Shown here piece by piece: positions 40,985 to 53,644 of a DNA stretch of 64,000 nucleotides. Made by a program: the position numbers and the translations under genes. The notes beneath the pieces were generated by a model, which saw nothing but the letters and a program-made list of their open reading frames with translations, did no database searches and was not told the origin of the DNA. The stretch comes from the human T2T-CHM13v2.0 reference genome, Homo sapiens: NCBI RefSeq assembly GCF_009914755.1, contig NC_060933.1. One strand, written 5' to 3'. Position 1 is the first letter of the stretch; each line of letters starts with the position of its first letter.

Positions 40985-43900
40985 CACTCGTGTTGATTCC
41001 ATTCCATTCCACTCCATACCATTCCATTCCATTCCATTCCATTCCATTCCATTCCATTCCGTTCCATTCCGTTCCATTCCATTCCATTCCATTCTATTCG
41101 GGTTAATTCCATTCCATTCCATTCCATTCCATTCTATTCCATTCCATTGCAATCGAGTTGAATCCATTGCATTTCATGCCATTCCATTCCATTCCATTCC
41201 ATTCCGGAAGATTCCATTCCATTGCATTCCATTCCATTCCATTCCCCTGCACTCGCGTTGATTCCATTCCATTCCATTCCATTCCATTCCATTCCATTCC
41301 ATTCCGTTCCATTCCGTTCCGTTCCATTCCATTCTATTCCATTCCATTCCATTCCATTCCTTTCCGTTCCATTCCATTCCATTCCATTCCATTCTATTTG
41401 GGTTAATTCCATTCCATTCCATTCGACTGCAATCGAGTTGATTCCATTCCATTCCATTCCATTCCATTCCATTCCATTCCTTTCCATTACATTACGGATG
41501 ATTCCATTCCATTGCATTCCATTCCATTCCATTCCCCTGTACTCGGGTTGATTCCATTCCATTCCATTCCAATCCATGCCATTCCACTCGTATTGATTCC
41601 ATTCTTTCCATTCCATTCAAGTTGAATCCATTCCATTGCATTCCATTACATTCGATTCCATTCGATTGCACTCGGGTTGATTCCATTCCATTGCATTCCA
41701 TTCCATTCCATTCCATTCCATTCCTTTCCGTTCCATTCCATTTCATTACATTCAGATTGATTCTATTCAATTCCCTTACACTCCATTACATTCCATTCCA
41801 TTCGGGTAGTTTCCATTCCATTCCTCTCCATTCCATTGCACTCGGGTTGATTCCATTCCATTGCATTCCATTCCATACCATTCAATTCCATTCCGTTCCA
41901 TTCCATTCCATTACATTCGGATTGATTCTATTCAACTCCCTTACTCTCCATTACATTCGATTGCATTCGGGTTGTTCAATTCCATTCCATTCCATTCCAC
42001 TCCATTCCATTGCACTCGGGTTGATTCCATTCCATTCCATTCCATTCCGGAAGATTCCATTCCATTGCATTCCATTACATTCCATTCCCCTGCACTCGCG
42101 TTGATTCCATTCCATTCCATTCCATTCCATTGCATTCCATTGCATTCTATTCCCCTGCACTCAGGTTGATTCCATTCCATTCCATTCCATTCCATTCCAT
42201 TCCATTCCATTCCATTCCATTCCATTCCATTCTATTCGCGTTAATTCCATTCCACTCCATTCCATTACATTCCATTGCAATCGACTTGATTCCATTCCAT
42301 TCCATTCCATTCCATTCAAGTCCTTTCCATTCCATTCCACTCGTGTTGATTCCATTTTATTAGTTTCCATTCCATTCCATTCCCTTCCATTCCACTCTGG
42401 TTGATTCCATTCCTTTCCATTCCACTCGAATTCATTCCCTTCTATTCCACTCGGAATGATTCCATTCTATTCCGTTCCATTCCATTCCATTTCGTTCCAT
42501 TCCATTTTATTCCGTACCATTCCATTCCATTCCATTCCATTCCATTCCATTACATTCCATTCCATTCCATTCCATGCCATTCCACTCGGGTTGATTCCAT
42601 TGCTTTCCATTCCATTTGGGTTGAATCCATTCCATTCCATTCCATTCCATTCCATTCCATTCAATTGCACTAGGTTTGATTCCATTCCACTGCATTCCAT
42701 ACCATTCCATTCAATTCCATTCCATTCCATTCCATTCCATTCCATTCCATTCCATTCCCCTGCACTCGGGTTCATTCCATTCCATTCCATTTACTTCCAT
42801 TCCATTCCATTCCATTCCATTCCATGCCATTCCACTCGCGTTGATTCCATTCCCTTCCATTCCATTAGAGTTGAATCCATTCCATTCCATTCCATTCCAT
42901 TCCATTCCATTCCATTGCACACGGGTTCATTCCATTCCACTCCATTCCATTCCCTTACATTCCATTTCGTTACATTCCATTCTATTCCGTACCATTCCAT
43001 TCCATTCCATTCCATTCCATTCCACTCCATTCCATGCCATTCCACTCGGGTATATTCCATTCCTTTTAATTCCATTCTGGTTGAATCCATTCCATTCCAT
43101 TCCATTCGATTCCATTACATTGCACTCGGGTTGATTCCAATCCATTCCATTCCATTACATTTCATTCCATTCCATTCCATTCCATTTCATTCAATTCCAT
43201 TCCATTCCATGCCATTCCACTCGTGTTGATTCCATTCCTTTCCATTCCATTCGAGTTGAACCCATTCCATTCCATTCCATTCCATTCCATTCCATTCCGT
43301 TCCATTCCATTGCACGCGGGTTCATTCCATTCCATTCCGTTCCATTCCATTCCATTCCATTCCAGTCCATTCCATTACATTCCATTTCGTTCCATTCCAT
43401 TCTATTCCGTACGATTCCATTGCATTCCATTCCATTCCATTCCTTTCCATTCCATTGAATTCGAGTTGATTCCATTCCATTCCGTTCCATTCCATTCCAT
43501 TCCATTCCATTCCATTCCGGATGATTCCATTCCACTGCATTCCATTCCATTAAATTCCCCTGCACTTGGAGTGATTCCTTTCCATTCTATTCCATTCCAT
43601 TCCATTCCATTCCATTCCATTCCATTCCATTCCATTTCATTGCAATCGAGTTGATTCCATTGCATTCCATTCCATTCCATTCCAGTCCTTTCCATTCCAT
43701 TCCACTCGGGTTGATTCCATTCTATTCCTTTCCATTCCATTCGATTCCATTCCATTCCACTCTGGTTGATACCATTCCTTTTCATTCCACTCGAAAACAT
43801 TCCCTTCTATTCCACTCGGAATGATTCCATTCCATTCCATTCCATTCCATTCCATTCCATTCCGTTTCGTTCCATTACATTCTATTCCGTACCATTCCAC

Positions 43901-44420
43901 TCCATTCCATTCCATTCCATTCCATGCCATTCCTCTCGGGTTGATTCCATTCCTTTCCATTCCATTCGGGTTGAATCCATTCCATTCCATTCCTTTCCAT
44001 TCCATTCCATTCCATTGCACTCGGGTTGATTCCATTCCATTCCATTCCGTTCCATTCCGGATGACTCCATTCCATTGCATTCCATTCCATTCCATTCCCC
44101 TGCACTCGGTTTCATTACATTCCATTCCATTCACTTCCATTCCATTCCATTCCATTCCATTCCATTCCATTCCATTCCATTTCGTTCCATTCCATTCTAT
44201 TCCGTACCATTCCATTCCATTCCATTCCATTCCATTCCATTCCATTCCATTCCATTTCCTTCCATTCCATTCCATTCCATTCCATTCCATTCCATTCCAT
44301 TCCATTCCATTCCATTCCATTTCCTTCCATTCCATTCCATTCCATTCCATTCCATTCCATTCCATTCCATTTCCTTCCATTCCATTCCATTCCATTCCAT
44401 TCCATTCCATTCTATTAGGG
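40985..44420 (+). repeat. Unit B, copy 3 (dispersed)
   Basis: GCATTTCATGCC 41169, CGACTGCAATC 41424, GAATTC 42428 and 43457. Ends with the same G-free CATTTCCTTC tract as copy 1. Confidence 0.9.
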
Positions 44421-46560
44421 TTAATTCCATTCCATTCCATTCCATTCCATTCCGTTCCATGCCATTCCACTCGGGTTGATTCCATTCCTTTCCATTCCAT
44501 TCGAGTTGAATCCATTCCATTCCATTCTATTCCATTCCATTCCTTTCCATTCCATTCAATTCCATTCTATTCCGGTTAATTCCATTCCATTCCATTCCAT
44601 TCCATTCCATTTCATTGCAATCGAGTTGATTCCATTGCATTCCATTCCATTCCATTCCAGTCCTTTCCATTCCATTCCACTCGGGTTGATTCCATTCTAT
44701 TCCTTTCCATTCCATTCGATTGCATTCCATTCCACTCGATTCCATTCCATTCCACTCTGGTTGATTCCATTCCTTTTCATTCCACTCGAAAACATTCCCT
44801 TCTATTCCACTCGGAATGATTCCATTCCATTCCATTCCATTCCATTCCATTTCGTTCCATTACATTCTATTCTGTACCATTCCACTCCATTCCATTCCAT
44901 TCCATTCCATGCCATTCCTCTCGGGTTGATTCCATTCCTTTCCATTCCATTCGGGTTGAGTCCATTCCATTCCATTCCTTTCCATTCCATTCCATTCCAT
45001 TGCACTCGGGTTGATTCCATTCCATTCCATTCCGTTCCATTCCGGATGACTCCATTCCATTGCATTCCATTCCATTCCATTCCCCTGCACTCGGTTTCAT
45101 TACATTCCATTCCATTCACTTCCATTCCATTCCATTCTATTCCATTCCATTCCATTCCATTCCATTCCAATCGAGTTGATTCCATTCCATTCCATTCCAT
45201 TCCATTCAATTCCGAATGATGTCATTCCATTGCCTTCCATTCCATTCCATTCCCCTGCACTCGGGTTGATTCCATTCCATTCCATTCCATCCCATTCCAT
45301 TCCATTCCATTCCATTTCGTTCCATTCCATTCTATTCCGTACCATTCCTTTCCATTCCATTCCATTCCATTCCATTCCATTTCCTTCCATTCCATTCCAT
45401 TCCATTCCATTCCATTCCATTCCATTCCATTCTATTAGGGTTAATTCCATTCCATTCCATTCCATGCCATGCCATTCCACTCGGGTTGATTCCATTCCTT
45501 TCCATTCCATTCGAGTTGAATCCATTCCATTCCATTCCATTCCATTCCATTCCATTGCACACGGGTTCATTTCATTCCATTCCATTCCATTCCATTTCGT
45601 TCCATTCCATTCTATTCCATACCATTCCATTCCATTCCATTCCATTAGACTCCATTCCATGCCATTCCACTCGGTTTTATTCCATTCGTTTCCATTCCAT
45701 TCGGGTTGAATCCATTGCATTCCATTCCATTCGATTCCATTACATTGCACTCGTGTTGTTTCCATTCCATTCCATTCCCTTCCATTCCATTCCATGCCAT
45801 TCCACTCGGGTTGATTTCATTACATTCCGTTCCATTCGAGTCGAACCCATTCCATTCCATTCCATTCCATTCCATTCCATTCCAATCCATTGCACACGTG
45901 TTCACTCCATTCCATTCCATTCCATTCCATTCCATTCCATTTCGTTCCATTCCATTCTATTCGGTACCATTCCATTCCATTCCATTCGGTACCATTCCAT
46001 TCCATTCCAATCCATTCCATTCCATGCCATTCCACTTGGGTTGATTCCCTTCCTTTCCATTCCATTCGGGTTGAATCCATTCCATTCCATTCCATTCCAT
46101 TCCATTCCATTCCATTCCTTTCAATTCCATTGCACACGGGTTGGTTCCATTCCATTCCTTTCCGTTCCATTCCGGATGACTCCATTTCATTGCATTCCAT
46201 TCCATTCCATTCCCCTGCACTCGGGTTCATTACCTTCCATTCCATTTACTTCCATTCCATTCCATTCCATTCTATTCGGGTTAATTCCATTCCATTCCAT
46301 TCCATTCCATTCCATTCCATTCCATTCCATTCCATTCCATTCCATTGCAATCGAGTTGATTCCATTCCATTCCATTCAATTCCGGATGATTCCATTCCAT
46401 TGCCTTCAATTCCATTCCATTCCCCTGCACTCGGGTTGATTCCATTCCATTCCATTCCATTCCATTCCATTCCATTCCATTTCATTCCATTCCATTTCGT
46501 TCCTTTCCATTCTATTCCGTACCATTCCATTCCATTCCATTCCATTCCAGTCCATTCCAT
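44410..46560 (+). repeat. Composite block: copy of 29595-30545 fused to copy of 39115-40520
   Basis: Left part matches 29595-30545 and right part matches 39115-40520. The two overlap in the shared GAATGATGTC module (45214). Confidence 0.8.
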
Positions 46561-47759
46561 GCCATTCCACTCGTGTTGATTCCATTCTTTCCATTCCATT
46601 CAAGTTGAATCCATTCCATTGCATTCCATTCCATTCCATTCCCCTGCAGTCGGGTTGATTCCATTCCATTCCATTCCATTCCATTCCATTCCATTCCGTT
46701 CCGTTCCGTTCCATTCCATTCCATTCCATTCTATTCGGGTTAATTCCATTCCATTCCATTGCATTCCATTCCAGTCGAGTTGATTCCATTCCATTCCATT
46801 CCATTCCATTCCACTCCATTCCAGTCCTTTCCATTCCATTCCACTAGGGTTGATTCCAATGTATTCCTTTCCATTCCATTCCATTCCATTGCAATCGAGT
46901 TGATTCCATTGCTTTGCATTCCATTCCATTCCATTCCATTCCGGATGATTCCATTCCATTGCATTCCATTCCATTCCATTCCATTCCATTCCATTCCATT
47001 CCATTCCCTTCCATTCCATTCCATTACATTCGGATTGATTCTTTTCAATTCCCTTACACTCCATTACATTCCATTCCATTAGGGTAGTTTCCATTCCATT
47101 CCATTCCATTCCTCTCCATTCCATTGCACTCGGGTTGATTCCATTCCATTGCATTCCATTCCATTCCATTCAATTCCATTCCGTTCCATTCCATTCCATT
47201 ACATTTGGATTGATTCTATTCAACTCCCTTACTCTCCGTTACATTCCATTCCATTCGGGTTTTTCCATTCCATTCCATTCCATTCCACTCCATTCCATTG
47301 CACTCGGGTTTATTCCATTCCGTTCCATTCAATTCCATTCCATTCCGGAGGATTCCATTCCATTGCATTCCATTCCATTCCATTCCCCTGCACTCGCGTT
47401 GATTCCATTCCATTCCATTCCATTCCATTCCATTCCTTTCCGTTCAATTCCATTCCATTCCATTGCATTCCAATCCATTCCATTCCGTTCCGTTCCGTTC
47501 CATTCCATTCCATTCCATTCTATTCGGGTTAATTCCATTCCATTCCATTCGATTGCAATCGAGTTGATTCCATTCCATTCTATTCCATTCCATTCCATTC
47601 CATTCCATTCCTTTCCATTCCATTCCATTACGGATGATTCCATTCCATTGCATTCCATTCAATTCCATTCCCCTGTACTCGGGTTGATTCCATTGCATTC
47701 CATTCCAATCCATGCCATTCCACTCGTGTTGATTCCATTCTTTCCATTCCATTCAAGTT

Positions 47760-50700
47760 GAATCCATTCCATTGCATTCCATTCCATTCCATTCCATTCC
47801 ATTCCATTCCATTCCATTCCATTCCATTCCGTTCCGTTCCATTCCATTCCATTCCATTCTATTCGGGTTAATTCCATTCCATTCCATTCCATTCCATTCC
47901 AATCGAGTTGATTCCATTCCATTCCATTCCATTCCATTCCATTCCACTCCATTCCAGTCCTTTCCATTCCATTCCACTCGGGTTGATTCCAATGTATTCC
48001 TTTCCATTCCATTCCATTCCATTGCAATCGAGTTGATTCCATTGCTTTGCATTCCATTCCATTCCATTCCATTACGGATGATTCCATTCCATTGCATTCC
48101 ATTCCATTCCATTCCCCTGCACTCGGGTTGATTCCATTCCATTTCACTCCATTCCGTTCCATTCCATTCCATTCCATTTTATTCGGGTTAATTCCATTCC
48201 ATTCCATTCCATTCCATTCCATTACAATCGAGTTGATTCCATTCCATTCCATTCCATTCCAGTCCTTTCCATTCCATTCTACTCGGGTTGATTCCATTCT
48301 ATTAGTTTCCATTCCATTCCATTCCCTTCCATTCCACTCTGGTTGATACCATTCCTTTCCATTCCACTCGAATACATTCCCTCCTATTCCACTCGGAACG
48401 ATTCCATTCCATTCCATTCCATTCCATTCCATTCCATTCCATTCCATTTCGTTCCATTCCATTCTATTCCGTATCATTCCATTCCATTCCATTCCATTCC
48501 ATTCCATTCCATTCCATTGTACTCAGGTTGATTCAATTCCATTGCATTCCATTCCATTCCATTCCATTCCATTCCATTCCGTTCTATTCCATTCCATTAC
48601 ATTCGGATTGATTCTATTCAACTCCCTTACTGTCCATTACATTCCATTCCATTCGGGTTGTTCCATTCCATTCCATTCCATTCCACTCCATTCCATTGCA
48701 CTCGGGTTGATTCCATTCCATTCCATTACATTCCATTCCATTCCATTCCATTCCGGATGATTCCATTCCATTGCATTCCGTTCCATTACATTCCCCTGCA
48801 CTCGCGTTGATTCCATTCCATTCCATTCAATTCCATTCCATTACAATTCGTTCCATTCCATTCTATTCCGTACCATTCCATTCCATTCCATACCATTCCA
48901 TTCCATTCCATTCCATTCCGTTCCGTTCCATTCCGTTCCATTCCATTCCATTCCATTCTATTCGGATTAATTCCATTCCATGCCATTCCATTCCATTCTA
49001 TTCCATTCCATTGCAATCGAGTTGAATCCATTGCATTTCATTCCATTCCATTCCATTCCATTCCATTCCGGAAGATTCCATTCCATTGCATTCCATTGCA
49101 TTCCATTCCCCTGCACTCGCGTTGATTGCATTCCATTCCATTCCATTCCATTCCGTTCCGTTCCGTTCCATTCCATTCCATTCCATTCCATTCCGTTCCG
49201 TTCCATTCCATTCCATTCCATTCTATTCGGGTTAATTCCATTCCATTCCATTCCATTGCAATCGAGTTGATTCCATTCCATTCTATTCCTTTCCATTCCA
49301 TTCCATTCCATTCCTTTCCATTCCATTACGGATGATTCCATTCCATTGCATTCCATTCCATTCCATTCCCCTGTACTCGGGTTGATTCCATTCCATTCCA
49401 TTCCAATCCATGCCATTCCACTCGTGTTGATTCCATTCTTTCCATTCCATTCAAGTTGAATCCATTCCATTGCATTCCATTCCATTCCATTCCCCTGCAT
49501 TCGGGTTGATTCCATTCCATTCCATTCCATTCCATTCCATTCCATTCCATTCCGTTCCGTTCCATTCCATTCCATTCCATTCTATTCGGGTTAATTCCAT
49601 TCCATTCCATTCCATTCCATTCCATTCCAATCGAGTTGATTCCATTCCATTCCATTCCATTCCATTCCACTCCATTCCAGTCCTTTCAATTCCATTCCAC
49701 TCGGGTTGATTCCAATGTATTCCCTTCCATTCCATTCCATTCCATTGTAATCGAGTTGATTCCATTGCTTTGCATTCCATTCCATTCCATTCCATTCCGG
49801 ATGATTCCATTCCATTGCATTCCATTCCATTCCATTCCCCTGCACTCGGGTTGACTCCATTCCATTCCACTCCATTCCGTTCCGTTCCATTCCATTCCAT
49901 TGTACTCGGGTTAATTCCATTCCATTCCATTCCATTCCATTCCATTCCATTACAATCGAGTTGATTCCATTCCATTCCATTCCATTCCAGTCCTTTCCAT
50001 TCCATTCCACTCGGGTTGATTCCATTCTATTAGTTTCCATTCCATTCCATTCCCTTCCATTCCACTCTGGTTGATACCATTCCTTTCCATTCCACTCGAA
50101 TACATTCCCTCCTATTCCACTCGGAACGATTCCATTCCATTCCATTCCATTCCATTCCATTCCATTCCATTCCATTCCATTTCGTTCCATTCCATTCTAT
50201 TCCGTATCATTCCATTCCATTCCATTCCATTCCATTCCATTCCATTTTACTCGGGTTGATTCAATTCCATTGCATTCCATTCCATTCCATTCCATTCCAT
50301 TCCATTCCGTTGCATTCCATTCCATTACATTCGGATTGATTCTATTCAACTCCCTTACTCTCCATTACATTCCATTCCATTCGGGTTGTTCCATTCCATT
50401 CCATTCCATTCCACTCCATTCCATTGCACTCGGGTTGATTCCATTCCATTCCATTCCATTCCATTCCATTCCATTCCATTCCATTCCGGATGATTCCATT
50501 CCATTGCATTCCGTTCCATTACATTTCCCTGCACTCGCGTTTATTCCATTCCATTCAATTCCATTCCATTCCATTCCATTCCATTACAATTCGTTCCATT
50601 CCATTCTATTCCGTACCATTCCACTCCATTCCATACCATTCCATTCCATTCCATTCCATTCCATTCCATTCCGTTCCATTCCGTTCCATTCCATTCCATT

Positions 50701-51235
50701 CCATTCTATTCGGATTAATTCCATTCCATTCCATTCTATTCCATTCCATTGCAATCGAGTTGATTCCATTCCATTCCATTCCATTCCATTCCATTCCATA
50801 CCATTCCGGAAGATTCCATTCCATTGCATTCCATTCCATTCCATTCCCCTGCACTCGCGTTGATTCCATTCCATTCCATTCTACTCCATTCCATTCCCTT
50901 CCTTTCCGTTCCATTCCATTCCATTCCATTCCATTTCATTCCATTCCGTTCCATTCCATTCCATTCCATTCCATTCCATTCCATTCCATTCCGTTCCGTT
51001 CCATTCCATTCCATTCCATTCTATTCGGGTTAATTCCATTCCATTTCATTCGATTGCAATCGAGTTGATTCCATTCCATTCCATTCCATTCCATTCCATT
51101 CCTTTCCATTCCATTACGGATGATTCCATTCCATTGCATTCCATTCCATTCCATTCCCCTGTACTCGGGTTGATTCCATTACATTCCATTCCAATCCATG
51201 CCATTCCACTCGTGTTGATTCCATTCTTTCCATTC
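47760..51235 (+). repeat. Two diverged tandem ~1.72-1.79-kb units
   Basis: GGTTGATACC...CTCGAATACATTCCCTCC at ~48341 and ~50069 (offset 1728). The CTTTCCATTCCATTCAAGTTGAATCC landmark is at ~47740/49438/51226. A third related unit lies at ~52100-53640. Confidence 0.8.
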
Positions 51236-53644
51236 CATTCAAGTTGAATCCATTCCATTACATTCCATTCCATTCGATTCCATTAGATTGCACTCGGGTT
51301 GATTCCATTCCATTGCATTCCATTCCATTCCGTTCCATTCCATTCCATTCCATTCCATTCCGTTCCATTCCATTCCATTACATTCGGATTGATTCTATTC
51401 AATTCCCTTACACTCCATTCCATTCCATTCCATTCGGGTAGTTTCCATTCCATTCCATTCCATTCCTCTCCATTCCATTGAACTCGGGTTGATTCCATTC
51501 CATTGCATTCCATTCCATTCCATTCAATTCCATTCCGTTCCATTCCATTCCATTACATTCGGATTTATTCTATTCAACTCCCTTACTCTCCATTACATTC
51601 CATTCCATTCGGGTTGTTCCATTCCATTCCATTCCATTCCACTCCATTCCATTTCACTCGGGTTTATTCCATTCCATTCCATTCCATTCCATTCCGGAAG
51701 ATTCCATTCCATTCCATTCCATTCCATTCCATTCCCCTGCACTCGTGTTGATTCCATTCCATTCCATTCCATTCCATTCCATTCCATTCCATTCCATTCC
51801 ATTCCGTTCCGTTCCATTCCATTCCATTCCATTCCATTCCAATCCATTCCGTTCCGTTCCGTTCCGTTCCATTCCATTCCATTCCATTCTATTCGGGTTA
51901 ATTCCATTCCATTCCATTCGATTGCAATCGAGTTGATTCCATTCCATTCCATTCCATTCCATTCCATTCCATTCCTTTCCATTCCATTACGGATGATTAA
52001 ATTCCGTTGCATTCCATTCCATTCCATTCCCCTGTACTCGGGTTGATTCCATTCCATTCCATTCCAATCCATGCCATTCCACTCGTGTTGATTCCATTCT
52101 TTCCATTCCATTCAAGTTGAATCCATTCCATTGCATTCCATTCCATTCCATTCCCCTGCAGTCGGGTTGTTTCCATTCCATTCCATTCCATTCCATTCCA
52201 TTCCATTCCATTCCGTTCCGTTCCATTCCATTCCATTCCATTCTATTCGGATTAATTCCATTCCATTCCATTCCATTCCATTCCATTCCATTCCATTCCA
52301 ATCGAGTTGATTCCATTCCATTCCATTCCATTCCATTCCACTCCATTCCAGTCCTTTCCATTCCATTCCACTCGGGTTGATTCCAATGTATTCCTTTCCA
52401 TTCCATTCCATTCCATTGCAATCGAGTTGATTCCATTGCTTTGCATTCCATTCCATTCCATTCCATTCCGGATGATTCCATTTCATTGCATTCCATTCCA
52501 TTCCATTCCCCTGCACTCGGGTTGATTCCATTCGATTCCACTCCATTCCGTTCCATTCCATTCCATTGCATTGTATTCGGGTTAATTCCATTCCATTCCA
52601 TTCCATTCCATTCCATTCCATTCCATTCCATTACAGTCGAGTTGATTCCATTCCATTCCATTCCATTCCAGTCCTTTCCATTTCATTCCTCTCGGGTTGA
52701 TTCCATTCTATTAGTTTCCATTCCATTCCATTCCCTTCCATTCCTCTCAGGTTTTTTCCATTCCTTTCCATTCCACTCGAATACATTCCCTCCTATTCCA
52801 CTCAGAACGATTCCATTCCATTCCATTCCATTCCATTCCATTTCGTTCCATTCCATTCTATTCCGCATCATTCCATTCCATTCCATTCCATTCCATTCCA
52901 TTCCATTCCATTGTACTCGGGTTGATTCAATTCCATTGCACTCCATTCCATTCCATTCCATTCCACTCCGTTGCATTCCATTCCATTACATTCGGATTGA
53001 TTCTATTCAACTCCCTTACTCTCCATTCCATTCCATTCCATTCGGGTTGTTCCATTCCATTCCATTCCATTCCACTCCATTCCATTGCACTCGGGTTGAT
53101 TCCATTCCATTCCATTATATTCCATTCCATTCCATTCCATTCCGGATGATTCCATTCCATTGCATTCCGTTCCATTACATTCCCCTGCACTCGCGTTGAT
53201 TCCATTCCATTCCATTCCATTCCATTCAACTCCATTCCATTACAATTCGTTCCATTCCATTCTATTCTGTACCATTGCATTCCATTCCATACCATTCCAT
53301 TGCATTCCATTCCATTCCATTCCGTTCCATTCCGTTCCATTCCATTCCATTCCATTCTATTCGAATTAATTCCATTCAATTCCATTCCATTCCATTCTAT
53401 TCCATTCCATTGCAATCGAGTTGAATCCATTGCATTTCATTCCATTCCAGTCCATTCCATTCCATTCCGGAAGATTCCATTCCATTGCATTCCATTCCAT
53501 TCCATTCCCCTGCACTCGCGTTGATTCCATTCCATTCCATTCCATTCCATTCCATTCCGTTCCGTTCCATTCCATTCCATTCCATTCCATTCCATTCTAT
53601 TTGGGTTAATTCTATTCCATTCCATTCCATTCCATTCCATTCCA

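Noticed and set aside
30650-44420. Gene-conversion mosaicism among B1-B3
   Set aside because: With only three copies and no outgroup, the differing sites are singletons and cannot show incongruence.
39905-45995. KpnI sites suggesting the D15Z1 1.8-kb KpnI repeat
   Set aside because: GGTACC was noticed only at ~3227, 39910, 39935, 45963 and 45988, with no 1.8-kb periodicity.
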